A DNA stretch of 64,000 bases from Balanoglossus misakiensis (GCA_040954595.2 CM082578.2:11849166-11913165); one strand, 5' to 3'. Numbered from the stretch's first letter, positions 35,401 through 48,553 are shown. Notes: generated from the sequence alone by a model not told the origin. Translations and numbers: made by a program.

Positions 35401-38400
35401 CTGGGATCGCTCCGGAAAGTCATGGAAGGCAAGAAACGCATGAGTCAAACATTGAAACACAGGGTTGCATTGCAGGTAATGTTATAATTCACTTCCTTTA
35501 AATAGCATGAAGTACTGTATGTCCGTTTCCAACAGTGTTTAACATTTTCCTACTCTTTTACAGGTGGCTGAAGGTCTGGAATTTCTTCACAGCAAGAGAA
35601 TCATCTACAGGGATCTGAAACCCGAAAACGTCCTTATGTACTCTTTATCTACCGTAGATCCGGTAAAAATATATTTAGTCTGATAGTAGTCACGTCTATA
35701 TTGTTTGCGAAAAAATAACGATTTATGAATTATTCGATCGAAACACTTTCTGATAATGTAGCTCCATCTCATTACACACCCAAGCCGTAATTGAAACTTT
35801 CATTTAACATTTCCCCCTTAATTCCAGGTGAACGCTAAAATATCAGACTATGGGATCTCAGGTTTAGCCACTCCTATTGGTCTGACATCATCGGTTGGCA
35901 CCATTGGCTACAGGGCGCCGGAAGTCGCGCAAAAAGATGTCTTGTACAACAATAAGGTGACTTTATATTTTAACCTCTAAATACAGAAAGTTGAACGCAT
36001 GTCTCATATAACCTTTAGGTCAGTCGTGTATGTGATCCACAGTACACACGCCTGCTGTGCAAAAGTAAAAGAAGACTTCACGATTACACGAACACAACGA
36101 GTAACCAAACCTGTATCTTGTTTGCCTCCCAGGTCGACATATACTCACTAGGTGTCATGCTGTATGAACTGTTCATCGACCCCTCCGCCTTTACACTGGT
36201 TGCGCAGGTATGTTGAAAATTCACATGAAGATCTACGCACATGGACAGCGACTACATTCGAGTTTCAATCATGCTACGTTTGAACTTGTTAGATGTGACA
36301 TGACTTTCGTTGCGACACTCACTTTAAACAAGTTAAGAAAACTGGAATTTTTTGGTTTTAGATTTGGCTTGTGTCTCTGCTGACCAAAAAAAATCAGCTC
36401 TCTTGTCTTCTGTCTTCCATCCTGCAGGGTCAACTTGTAGCCAGTCTTCGTGACATCGGTTCAAAAGCATACCCGGATGTTCACAAATTAATTCTTCAAT
36501 GTATTGCTTATTTGCCAGAAGACAGGCCTTCGGTAAGAACAGCGAGGACTAACATAGACACTAGAACAGAAAGGCATTTTAGGGTCAATGGTACACACGT
36601 GTTTATGATGTTAATGGTTCACACTATTGTTTTGCGGTAATCTGTGGCTAAATATAGTAACCGTTTTGAAGTAATGCTTTTTGTGGTATTCAAGTGCAAA
36701 TGGCATCAAGTAATCTGGTTTGCCACTGACTGTGAAATGAGTCACGTAGAAATCAACTCAGTACATTTACAGACTAAAAATGTTTCACACAAATTGACAA
36801 CAGGTTTTTTCTTTCTCTCGCTGTTCTTTTTTTCCAGTCATCAGATGTAGTCAACCGACTGCAAGCCTTAGATTCGCTCTGCCTGCAGAGAGTGATTAAA
36901 GTGTTTGATGATTTGTCTCTCGAATCGGCAGCTATTCGAGTAAGTTGTATATGGTGCATATTTAGTTTGACGGTATTTTGTGTTATGCCTGTCACCTCTG
37001 CAAAGTTACCCATGCAAAGTTGTTCACAGTTACCATGGCAAGTGGAGACATAGCCTTGTTGTTATACATTATCAAAATTTGTGATGTGTTTTAGCTATTC
37101 GGTAGACAGGATTCCCTGTTTTAAAAATCTGATTCACAATTTTCTGGAGACACTGATAGGATTGATTGCCTATGTTTCCAGAAATTCCAAGATAACGGTG
37201 TTCGGAAGACAGAGTTGTGGTTTGGCGGCGGTCTCCGTGCACAAGGCCAAGTGGTCTGGTGTGATGTTAGCGGTGAACACAACACAGTAAGTCAACGAAC
37301 AGTATTAATGTGCGTTTGACTATTCATGGGGTTGAAATGTACGGTACATGTATGCGAAAATGTGTCTGTGTACATATATTGACATTGACAGGATTGGAGC
37401 CTTATTCGTTCAGTAATGTCGGGCAGATGTCCACCCACACCCTGGCATTTAGTCTCACTCAGATGTACCCTGACTGCAACGATTCAGTCCAACTTTTTTT
37501 TTTGTCGTAGGACACGGCAGAAAAGATTCAAAGTGGCGACCAATCGTTGGAAGAGGAACGGATAATGTCACTGGTTTGTCTCGGCGACGACACCATCATG
37601 TTGAGTAACGCCAAGAACAAAATGTGGGCTTTAGACTCGCAGAACCACAATATCGAATTCCAGTTGCCAGAACTGAGTGACTGCGTGCCATGTCTTCAGT
37701 TGTATGAAGGGTAAGATCTGAATTTTGGTTTTGAATTCCTTCATTACCACAATGATGACTGACTAGCTTAGACCTTGACATGACAAAATCGTAGAAGGGA
37801 GAAGGAAACAAATGTTTGCTTGTTGAAGTCGGTGTCCGTTAGGCTTGATCTCACTGCTTGCATTTTTATGGCGTTTTCGTTGCAGGTATTGTGATGAGGG
37901 TGTTGTTTTTGCCGGACTTGCGAATGGACAGGTGGCCATTTATTCCGTTGCAAAAATCAAATCTGTAAGTAAATGATTTAATTACCATATCCATTATGGC
38001 ATTTCACGAGATTCTGTCATAGTGTACTGTAGTGTATTCTGGTGTAGTGTAGTGCAGTGTACAGTGTCCCGCCCTGAACGGCATTCTTGCCGTGTCCAAT
38101 ACAAACATTTTCACGTTTTGACTTTTAATTTCAGGGACCATGCCAGCCTGATGAGTACATCACGGTGTCCAAAAATGAAGCGGTTGTGTCCATGTGCATC
38201 GGCAGAAATAAGTTGTGGATTGGTTGCGGTGGGCAAGTGATGAGTTTAAGCCTGGAACCGTTCGCGCAAGATCTCCAGTGCGAAGTACCAAAGACCAACA
38301 TGTACGTAATATGTTTCCTCCATCAATGTCCCTCTTTCTTAAGGGACTGTGCTTCTTCTGAATGTGGTATGCGCTGTATTGTATGGAATTGGATCAGTGC

Positions 38401-39781
38401 TCATGTATTTCTGTTTTACCCAACAGGAGAGGAATGATCACCAATATCGCCGTTGGCGGCGACCAACTTTTTATTGGCCGACGAAAGAGTCCCGATGTGG
38501 AAGTGTGGAATCTCCATGACAACAGCGATTCTAATGCTCTCGCCCACACGATCAAATGCGACTCCATCATCAGGTATGTCATCATTTATGACAACTTGAT
38601 TTTTCATGATTTATTTCATGTCTTATGAAATTGAGCAATGCTAGAGTTTATTGGACCACTGCATTGAACACATAGTTGATATGCTAGTATAAATTCAATC
38701 TATTGAAATGACTAAGCACTCGCTCGACCGTTGCTGCATCATTGTTTTTTTGCAGAACAAAAGATGATTCTGTAAGCGTGATGAACTGCCATGTGAAGTC
38801 CATGTTGCTGCAGACAGATGAGGCCCTGTGGATTGGCACCGAAAGTGGCTACGTTATACTGGTCGACCCTATCACGTACACAGTGACCAGTGTTATACGT
38901 CGACATAACGGACCTGTAAAAGTGATCATGTCGAGTGATGATTTAGGTAAATTATATTGATCATACTGTGCAGTGACAAGATAGTTCATTACGTTCACAA
39001 GTCATTTTCTCCACGGATTTTTTCGTTTCTGTTTACAAGACTGCTTATTTATGCACAATGCTACATGTATGTACATTGTACGTCACCACATCACGTGGAC
39101 TACGTCGATAGGAAAGCATATATGGCATTTTGCTTCTGGACACTGCATATTGAATTTATCCGGAATGAGCTGATATGCAGTCATTATAGTTCCGATTGGA
39201 AATCTTTCGTTTTGGTGTGAATTTACATACAATGCAATTGTCCGTCTAACTTGCTAAATGTTGGTTGTTTCCCGCTATTCACAGAGGACGAACAACTATC
39301 GTCTGCAAAGGAGTCTTTTGTCGTGACGGTCGGCAAAGGCTATGTCAATCAATGTGGAAAAGCAAAGGAAAACGGTTAGTGACAACTTTTAGTGTGAAAA
39401 GCATCAAGGCTTACATCAAGAAAGTTGTTCATATATAAAACAGAAAGAACATATGCTGTAGGTTTTAAAATGGTGTTGTCATAATTGCTGAAACAAGCGG
39501 CGAGTGTCCAAAATTAACTGAAATGGTTCGTTTATTTTGTTTTGAATAGACAGGTAGGATTGAATGGTATCTTTCTTAATAAAACTAACTACAGCTTCTT
39601 GCCTGTGCGAGTTGTGGCTTCAAGTTGGTGATGACTAAAACCTTTATTTCATTCTGTTACATTTACAGACAAGAATTCGACGTACGCGCTGTTATGGGAT
39701 AACTATACAAGTGGCCACATCAGAGATTTCGCCGCGTACAACAGACAGCGATCTCGAATGCTGTCCTCGCCGAAGAAGTAA
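20498..39781 (+). CDS. LRRK2: LRRK2-like ROCO protein kinase (ARM-ANK-LRR-ROC-COR-kinase-WD40), ~60 short coding exons
   Basis: ARM exons 20498-~26012 (e.g. [13 protein letters not shown]...IGEDED); ANK 27118-27588; LRR 27978-30545. ROC 30768-~31800 has [30 protein letters not shown] and [12 protein letters not shown] ~32200-34570 has [21 protein letters not shown] and [14 protein letters not shown]. Kinase 34892-~36900 has [25 protein letters not shown] and YRAPE. WD40 runs to TAA at 39779-39781. Exon phases were consistent wherever checked. Confidence 0.92.
26491..26560. repeat. Tandem duplication of a ~31-bp unit in an LRRK2-like intron
   Basis: ATTTAGTTTTAAAGTCACATTGAACTGCCAAA is followed by ATTTAGTGTTAAAGTCACGTTGAACTGCCAAA. 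Confidence 0.8.
35159..35290. repeat. Compound tetranucleotide microsatellite (ATTG/ACTG/ATTC/ATCC), intronic
   Basis: Directly visible runs of gatt, gact, catt and catc. Confidence 0.85.
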
Positions 39782-42700
39782 ACCGTTCTATGTAAAATCA
39801 CGGTCTCCCATCGTGTAATGTTCGAGTGCAGTAATCAGCATGATCACTCCCAAGAGAAGTTTTTCCCTTGGTTATCGGATTTTCTCTACTGCAGTGCTAA
39901 AACCAATTACAAGGAACGTTACACATGTAATGATCTTGTACATTCGACATAAACTGCTTTCTTTGGACCACATCCAAAATTATAATGGATGCTTATCATT
40001 TACAGACTGTTACTTATTACCATTTTTGAATCCATCTCTATGGTCAGTTGTGATCATATTTGCAGGGTAATCGCGACTCTTTCGTATTTGTGTCACGATT
40101 AAACAGAGAATTAAGGCCCATGGTTACATTTACAAAACAATGATTTACAGTGTCGACAAAAATTCATGGGATTTCAGATTTTAGATGAACGCTGTAAATA
40201 GCTTGACTATAGAGCCTGTTTACACCTGTGGTGTACAAATGTATACTGTAAGTTGTAAAGTTGACAGGAAGGCTAAAGTAATACAGTTAGGTTTTTAATG
40301 ACTTTTGTGGTGTACGTGGAGTGTCATGAATACAGAAGAATGTATAACATTTTTTTTAAAATTTACATACTAATGAATATAAACGGTGCTAATTCCACGA
40401 AATTAATTAATTGTAATTTAAAATTATGATTATATACAACCTTTTGTATTATTCAGTGTTATGACTCTGTCATATTTGTTTGAGTTTTTGTAGACATATT
40501 GACCCCCAAATAACTGTGAAACCATTGTAGAGACTTAAGGTTACAAGATTGTACAGACATAAAATTTTGACGGATTATGGGGGTTGATAAGGTTAAATCC
40601 TACCCGGACTATTTATTGTTTGGAACTGGGGTACTTACCAGTTGGTACGCACAGTAAATTGGTTTGTCTCCAAGGCGAAAAGCATGGTGCTGTTGAGCAC
40701 ACATGGTGGAGAATCCATGTACGGAAGTCACCGCAAACAAAAACATGGTGTGTTCTGTTTCATCAGGGGAGCCAGAATAAAACAGATGCAGTAGAGGGCC
40801 GAGCCTTTGCTTTGTGAAGAAAAACAACTTCAATGCTCCAGAAATCACTGTTACCCACCTTGCGTGGTCTCAGAAAAAGGTTTCTCGGCAACAAACTGAA
40901 TAGCTAGTGGGTTGGGTTTTTTTGCCTTTACTGAGTAAAACTGCATTACAGTACTTGCATTGGAAGCCCAGGACTGGCTTTACTCGTCTGTGAAGCTCTT
41001 ATTTTTTCGGTGTTGCACTGCTCTCCGTTCGCGTTGTGCCGCCATCGTGCAATCATACGTGTACCTGGATTTCTCCCCTCCCCCATTTTTAGTTGTAGCA
41101 CTTGCCCTTGATGGCGATGCAAAATAAATATTAAGGATTTGCGCGCGGAATGTAAACCGGTAAACTGCGCGAACTTGTGCGCATGTCTTTTCCCGTAGGA
41201 TTACATGAAGATTGCTAGAAAACACCCTTCTACTATAGTTATTTTCAAGAAATTTTACTCATGATACCACATTCAAGTAAAAAATGAATTGATTGGTCAA
41301 TAAAATCGTATGGTCACCGCGCTCTATTTTGAGATAAACTTCGTTAAGGATTTTGCCCATTGTAACCATGGATACACAGTGCATCATCATTAGACAGTGT
41401 TATTTTCAATGACGGCGATTGTATAACTTACCTTTATAAAAGTTAGCAAGCGAAAGAATATTGGTCTCTGGTAACAAGTGTTATCACTGTTTAGTTGACT
41501 CATCTTGCTATCTTTTGAGAAGAAGAGACATGTCAAAATATGCGAAATAGCGTTTCAATGACATTTTCCCGAGGTGATTTCAATTCGGAGTTAATGCTTT
41601 CCTTTATAAAAAAAACAGATTGAGGAATCCGTCAAACAGTGAGTGGATTTCAAATGATGGTTTTAATTTCTACAGCAGCGGACAGACCTTTGGTGGATTT
41701 ATAGCCTGTCTGTCACAAATTAGCCCTCAGAATGGGCTTAGTGCTGGCCGTGTTTATAAAAAAGCAAAACAAGGTTACGCGGTCTCCGCGTTCTGTTGAC
41801 TGAACCAATACCAATACAATCACGCCATCTTGAATGCAGAAAGTTTTTACTTTGGCGGTTCCGATAAAACGTAAAACCGATTACATCTACGATGTTGGAT
41901 TAAATTGCCAACAAAATATGGAAAACCATATGTTGTTTTTTTTGCGCGATATTTTATCGACATAATTTCAAGCCCGTTTGTCTGTCTGTCTGTCTGCCTG
42001 ACTTCCAATTTTTCACGGGTGATTCTCTCCGGGTCCACCATTCAAGATGTTATGTAAACCACTGAGATGCCGAAACATAGTAGGGAAATTGTGTAAGAAA
42101 ATTAAAATCATCATGCAACTTACAGGAAAAACACAACACTGGCCACATACCGATAGTTGAACAGTCACGCAGCACCCCTGCTGATGGACGGAGATTGCAG
42201 ACAAGGTGGCTGATGGATTTATTTTTAAATTGAATTTTTCGCTTTTTAATCCCTTTAGACCTAATATGCATTTTCATTGATCACAGTGCCATATTGGAAA
42301 ACTTAAGATTTTGTAAAAAAAATATATGTATTATAATTGTCACGAGTTCCCGGGGGAAGTACAGTAGACAGTTTGATTGTCTTTTGTCTGCTTGCAAAAA
42401 AACACCCCCGACATAAAATTTTCTACAAAGAGAGGCTTATTTGCACTAAAACATCATTCGTTGAAGAGGTTGGTGAAAATTACTAGAGGCCTAAGGTAAG
42501 ACAGAAAATAATTTTGCGAACAAAGACCGAATTGTTGCCTTAGCTGCACATGCAGTTTTTTCTCATGTGTGCAACCCCAAATTATGTATGTTTCTCATTT
42601 TTGAAGTGAAATATCGTCGTAACCATGCATATATACACGTATATCCAGTGCATTTAGAACATGTATACTATACCAAACCATACCTGTAGATGCAAATGCG

Positions 42701-43576
42701 ACTGTACAAAAATGTAAATGCATAAAGCCAATTTAATTACGACTCTGTTTGTTACAGTCACGATCGCAAAATGTATTTCAAAGTAGCCATACTCTTTCTG
42801 TCTGGGTTTGCTTTGTCTACGGTACAGGTAAGCTAGCTTTCCTTGTTTGCTTTAAAAGATTCACCGTTTTGTAATTAACATAAACATGTACCCATATTGT
42901 TAAGTAACCGATAGCGTAAAGAACATCACTTTCGTTGGCCCCCTTTTTATGATAGCTAGGATATACTGCCACAAAGTCTCTCAGTGAACCAAATGATGTC
43001 GATGCATTTGCCGCATAAGTTAAGAGATAATTTTGTTTGTGACCCCTCAGTGGACGAATGAAATACTCCTATCGCTACCTGGTTTCCTTAGGCACTTACC
43101 CTTATCTGCATGTCAATCAAGTTCTCACTACAAATACTTACATGAATAGCAACACTTAATTTCGTGTGATTTTAAACTTTACCCTTTCGTCTCGCCATAA
43201 CCATGCTTCACAGGGTATGTTCTGGGTAAGTAATATTAACATATTGTGTCTCACTATACATGTAGTTACTGCACTGTTCGATTTGTTGAGGTTTAATTGG
43301 AGTAAGTTCCAGCTTTGTCATATTTCTCGTCATTTGGATTTTAAAAGGGGGAATAGCGTAGTTGGTATTTCCTTTCCAATTCATTCCACAAATGAAGAAA
43401 TTGTAGTCGTGCTCTCATGCAGATAATACATGATTGGGGGATTCTGTGGGTGCCATTCTCTGTATACAAGTATTCTGTTTTAACATCGCCTCGTTCGTGA
43501 AACTGCATTTCGTTGAGTTGAAAATACCATCAGTTTCAGTTGTCACCTTGGCACTAATAACGTATTACACAATTTG

Positions 43577-44876
43577 ATGGCACTTTTTACGTTTCTGTTC
43601 ATTTTGATTTGCCTCACAGGACTGTGTACGTAAGTATCAAAGAAATCTTAATCGAAATCTTAGTACGCTGCTTGCAATCTAATCACCGACATGTTTTTTT
43701 AATGGAATGATGGCAGATATGTGTATTTTGCTCACTAACAGTGTTTCTTATTCATTGTCAGCATCCTTTTGCCTTTGCAAAAGGTACGAAGTTCATTGTC
43801 AGATGCCCGACGATGCCAACTCTGGAACGCAGACGTACTATGGATACGCCGAAGATAAATGTGCTGAACGTGGAGGTTCGCTGGCCAACCTGGTGGACGA
43901 AGAAATTGACTCATTGGTGAGGACCTTCATCGACAGCGAAGGCCTCGGTGGACCTCCCTGCATCACGCGCTACGGGTTCTTCATCGGCTTGACTGATAGT
44001 GCGAGCGAAGACAATTTTGTTTGGAGCAACGGTGTTCCAATATGTGCTGGCAGTTACACGAACTGGGCCCCCGGAGAACCAAACAACAACACGAGGAGAG
44101 ATTCCGATGGCCAGGACTGCGCGCAACTTTGGTTAGTTCTTGAGATGATTGTTGTCTTGTTGTTTTAGAAAGTGTACGTCTAGTTGATGTGATGACGGGG
44201 GTCGAACAAGAGGTCGGACGCCTCTGAGGATTGTGTAACTTGTAGATTCGGGCTATATAAGGTTGATTGATTGATTGTTTGGTTGATCGATTGATTGATG
44301 CATGGGTGGATGGATGGAGGTTGGGCGGAATAACTAACCATGCCAATGGATGGAAGGATGTTGTTTTCCCCGAAAAGTATAGAACTTAGAAGTACTTGAT
44401 AATTAACTGCATCTTTGTTTCGCTGACCAATTTCAGGTACAGATTCGGACACAATGGGAAGTGGGACGACGAATATTGCAATTTCAGACCAAAGGGGTTC
44501 ATCTGTGAAATTCCAAGTAAGTCGTATACAGATTATACTGAAAAATATCATTTGAGGTCTTATTAGGCTGTATTCTTTCATGATTTTTTCGGGTTGTTCG
44601 AAATCGACGGCAACCAACCAAAATGCCTGCCGAAACGAAGTGTGACCACAGGTAATCCCCCCCCCCCAAAATATTGAGTAATAGTTTGGCGGTGTCGTCT
44701 CATTATAACGGTGATGCATTTTGACGAAATCGCGCGAGAACATAACATACATTTAATGACGTACCCATTTCAGTGTCACGAAACTCTGCGAGGAGAAACA
44801 CTATCGTGAATATTGTTCATGTCAATCGCTGTTTTTGTCTCTTTCAGCCCACTGCTGTTGCAGTGAAGCTCCCTAG
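43577..44876 (+). CDS. Secreted single-domain C-type lectin, EPN (mannose/glucose/GlcNAc) type
   Basis: Exons 43577-43625 (signal peptide MALFTFLFILICLTGL), 43762-44131, 44437-44516, 44848-44876. CTLD motifs: AEDKC..GGSLA, FFIGLTD..SEDNFVWSNG, YTNWAPGEPNN, QDCAQL, GKWDDEYC, GFICE. Confidence 0.88.
44215..44300 (+). mobile_element. Degenerate LINE/SINE 3'-tail remnant with (GATT)n tail in lectin intron 2
   Basis: ACGCCTCTGAG...GGGCTATATAAG followed by (GATT)n; resembles the better-preserved copy at 46285-46366. Confidence 0.45.
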
Positions 44877-46284
44877 GACGGTGAAGAACAAGCTAGTTCC
44901 CCGTGATGACAGATTCCGGTTCACATGCATCAGTTATCTTCGACTTCTTAGTGAATTCCGGTAGTTAATTTATTAGTTAGAAAAATAAAGAATAGTAAGG
45001 TATATAAATAAACAATGAACTATGTTATGTTGACTGTTGCAATCATTTTTCTAGTAGCCCTAGTCAAAGGATCAAAGTTTTTCACATGTACCTACATTCG
45101 AACTTTTCTATGACGAGAATTGCATGAGATATAACCAAGAGGAAACTACTTTCATTTTGTATACATCACACCTATGAACGCTAAAACTGAGCATGCGGAT
45201 GGCGATGATACTGGCACTTTATATATTATGATCCCACTATCTGCATAAGAACGGAATTTTTAGCTGTCAGTGTATTTTGCTATGTCAATTTACAGTTGCG
45301 TCGCGTTGCGTTGCGTTGTGTTATATTGTACAACATAAACTGGAAAGTTACAAAAATGTCAGCGTAAATATCGAAAGTATGCTTTCTGGAATTGCCCCCT
45401 GTTGCGTGTCTTGCCTCATAGACTCTGAGTAAATCATAAGTCTATGAGAAGTGAAACTAGTGCTCATGGCATATTGACATGTGACCGTACCACAATAACA
45501 CGTGATTTTAGCGGAAACTGAACTCTAACACTGTACAAATAGCTTTTGACTGACGACAAGTGGGTATAACCACGGTCACACTGTGTGGAGTGAACCGTGG
45601 TATAACAAAGCGCGTCCAGTTCGGTGACTGCAACAAGCAAACTATTTCAAGAGTGCTGAAGTAAGTATTACTCGTTTCTGACACATGTACAATTTTACAA
45701 CTGGACCTATGCACCTCTTCAACACCAAAATCTTTAAGTTGACATCGAAACAGTCACCAATTGAAATCGTCAGCAGGGACCGTCAGTTCAGGAACTTTAG
45801 TTATGCTGTATTGTCTCGCTCGGTTCCATTCAACGGTTTCCTATTAAACAGGCGTGGTTCTGATAATGGCGGTATTTTGTGGAAAATCAATTTCAGTACC
45901 ATAAGAGACTCGTGATAAAATCTGTTTACACTTTTTAAAACTACAGCTGCTAGCTGTAGACGACGTTCAATTAGTTCGTGAAGTTGTTGGATTCATCCAG
46001 GCAACGCGCACGTACGCCTATAGTGCTTCAAACCTGTCCCAATCAGAAATCGTTTGATTCATAAGTTAGGGGGCCCTGATTCTGCCAAAGGGTAAAAGTT
46101 CAAGAGGTGTCATTCCATTTTTCTAGTTACTCGACCTTACTGTAGACCTGATTGGTTATCAGTCATTGAGAGTGTTCTTGTCTTGACTTAAACTGATTTC
46201 AAAGCGAAAGTGTTCTGATCAACGGCGAAAGTGAAAGTTGGCAGTTTCGCATTATTTCGCAAGAGCATATGGTGTGGGCCAATG

Positions 46285-46366
46285 AGCACAAGCGCCTTTG
46301 AGTATGACACTTGTTATAGATACTGGCGCTATACAAATTTCTCTGATTGATTGATTGATTGATTGA
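46285..46366 (+). mobile_element. L2/CR1-like retrotransposon 3' tail (stem-loop plus short tandem repeat)
   Basis: AAGCGCCTTTGAG...GGCGCTATACAAAT, where AGCGCC pairs with GGCGCT, followed by (GATT)5. This is the typical 3'-end layout of L2-clade LINEs and their SINEs. Confidence 0.6.
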
Positions 46367-47158
46367 GTTTAAGGGTCTGCATTTTGCAAATACATGTATC
46401 ATTTGTCAGATCTCAATGCTGAATGGAAGAGTTTTAAAGTCCAACTCTCGCTTGAAATGTATTTCGAATATAAAATTAGCAGTCGACAACGAACAACGCT
46501 GAAACTCAACGGTGACGAATATTTCTCGTACATATACGGATCATGTGAGAACCAGGGATAGGTGGGGGGGGGGAGGGGGGTTCTTGACTTTCCTGATAAA
46601 TTTTAATGAGGTGAAAAAATTCACAATCTTCCGATTTGGGTGTTAAGAGTGGTAGCACGTGACTGAAACAGTTCTGAATGATTCATGGGCGCGATGATGA
46701 CACTCGTCTAAAGGGCAACTTCCCCGCCAGACTTTTTCTGACCCGCTATATTTTCTTGTCAGCATTTCCTCGTAGGATACTGAGAAAGGTGAGGCGTTTT
46801 CCTTTATTGGCTGAAATCGCCCCATGTTTTTATACACGTCTTTGATTCTAACAAGTCGATTTTTCTCTAGGAGTTTAGGAAGCGAAGACTGACGAGTTGA
46901 CCTGATCCTGACACATTATCTTCGATTTCTTTAACCACTACGGATATTTTACCTCTTCATTCAGACGAATCGTTCATATGTCGGCTGCACAATGCTTGTT
47001 TTGTGACGTATCACGGTTCAATAAGACAGAGTTCACGTAAAGCACGGGAGTTTCCCCGCGGTCGAGAATAGAACAGTACACCATACACTAGTCTAGTATC
47101 TCGCCGTATTTTGTCCGCTTTGCCTCTGTTACGTAGGAGAAGTTTGCTGTTGTTTAGT

Positions 47159-47563
47159 GACCAGGTGTGTTTTCGCTTACTTTCGTAATTTGAATATTTG
47201 CGGGACCAGGTGTGGTGCATTCATTATTTTCCCCATATAAAAAGCCCGCACGTTGTGTTGCGGCGTAGCTACTAATTTGGACTTGCCCGTGTGAGCTGTT
47301 CTGTTCCTCGCCGGCTTGGGAGCTGTGCTGTATTTTATGCTGCCCTGGTCTGGAAACCGCGCCCAGAAGCCGTGCTACCATGAGGAATTCGTCTGAAAGC
47401 CGTGCCGTCTACCGGGGAATTGTGCCAGAACGCTACTCGGACTGAACGTCGTTGTTGGGACTGAACGTCGCTGTTGGGACTGCCGTGGTGCTGGTCGCGT
47501 TCGTCGTGCGCTACAGAACCGTGGACTTTATTCTTTCATTTCCCACACCTGGTCCCATTTAAG
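47159..47563 (+). promoter_or_regulatory. Candidate promoter and non-coding first exon of the CUB/LDLa/EGF membrane protein
   Basis: TATAAAA at 47236-47242; GC-rich leader; three GACCAGGTGTG motifs; donor AAG|GTAG at 47563/47564; acceptor at 48533, 20 nt before the ATG at 48554. Confidence 0.55.
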
Positions 47564-48553
47564 GTAGCCACTTATTTTTGTGCGTTTTTTCAGTGTATAA
47601 TCATTTTACATTTACCCATGTTTATTTGTAATAATTAAAAAGTTTCCATAAGCAAGGAAATAACGTGTGGTGTGCCTATTGTTGACCGTCTTTGTTGCGT
47701 GCTGCGCTGGTTGGTTCACCAAAGCGAGCCATTCAATAAGTCTATTTTTGCTCACTGCCCTGTTTCGGAATTGAACGGCCAGCGTGCCGTAACACCTCCA
47801 AAACAAGTTAGTTAGTTTTGGAAGCAAAGCGGACAAAATACGACTAGATACTACACTAACCATACACCGATTCACATGGCGGTCATTTTTTTGCAGCGGT
47901 ATACTGTAAAATACCGACAACAACACCTCGTATTTTACCTTCTTGTACCCGATGGCTGATATAAAACGATAAAGCATCTGCATTCATTAGCTAACCAAGG
48001 AATGCAGAGACAGAATGCTAACACGGTTGTATGAAAAAGGCTGCCTATACGCATGCTGGTCACAACAATATCCGTTGTACTTTGGCTTGTATTAGATGAC
48101 CCTTCGACTACCAGTGTTTTCAACATTTTTTCTCTTACTTGACAAAGCCTGTGCTCAGAGTCGCACCTACCACACTACACTTGTGGGGAAAGCCAATAAA
48201 TAATGGCCGAATTGTTTATCGCGTTGTAACTTGTTCGACGCTCCGTGGTTTTTAGGCAAGGGAGACAGAATGTCACGCACCTCTGTGACCTCACCACTTA
48301 ATAAAATTCTTTGTAATATTATTTTGTAGTTGTTTGTTAATGCGGTCATTGCGCTTTTCATTTTAGGTTTGTGTGTCGCTTTATGTTGCCTTTGTACTTT
48401 TGGGCCACACATCAGGGGCCGATCTTGCCAAGAGGCCGTGCTGCAGTCCATTTGAGAAACCCGCACGGCGAAGGCCATGTTACTTATTAATTTCTCGCTT
48501 CTTGTTTAACATTTTTCTTCATTTTTTTCGCAGAAGGTGACAACTTCACCGAA

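Noticed and set aside
40900-42300. Intergenic stretch with (GTCT)n and CpG-rich patches suggesting old transposon fragments
   Set aside because: I could not define termini, TSDs or a second copy in this window; it needs a repeat-library search.
47439-47482. Short direct repeats (also 26491-26560) superficially like a CRISPR array
   Set aside because: Only about two adjacent units with no spacers and no cas genes, in a eukaryotic context.
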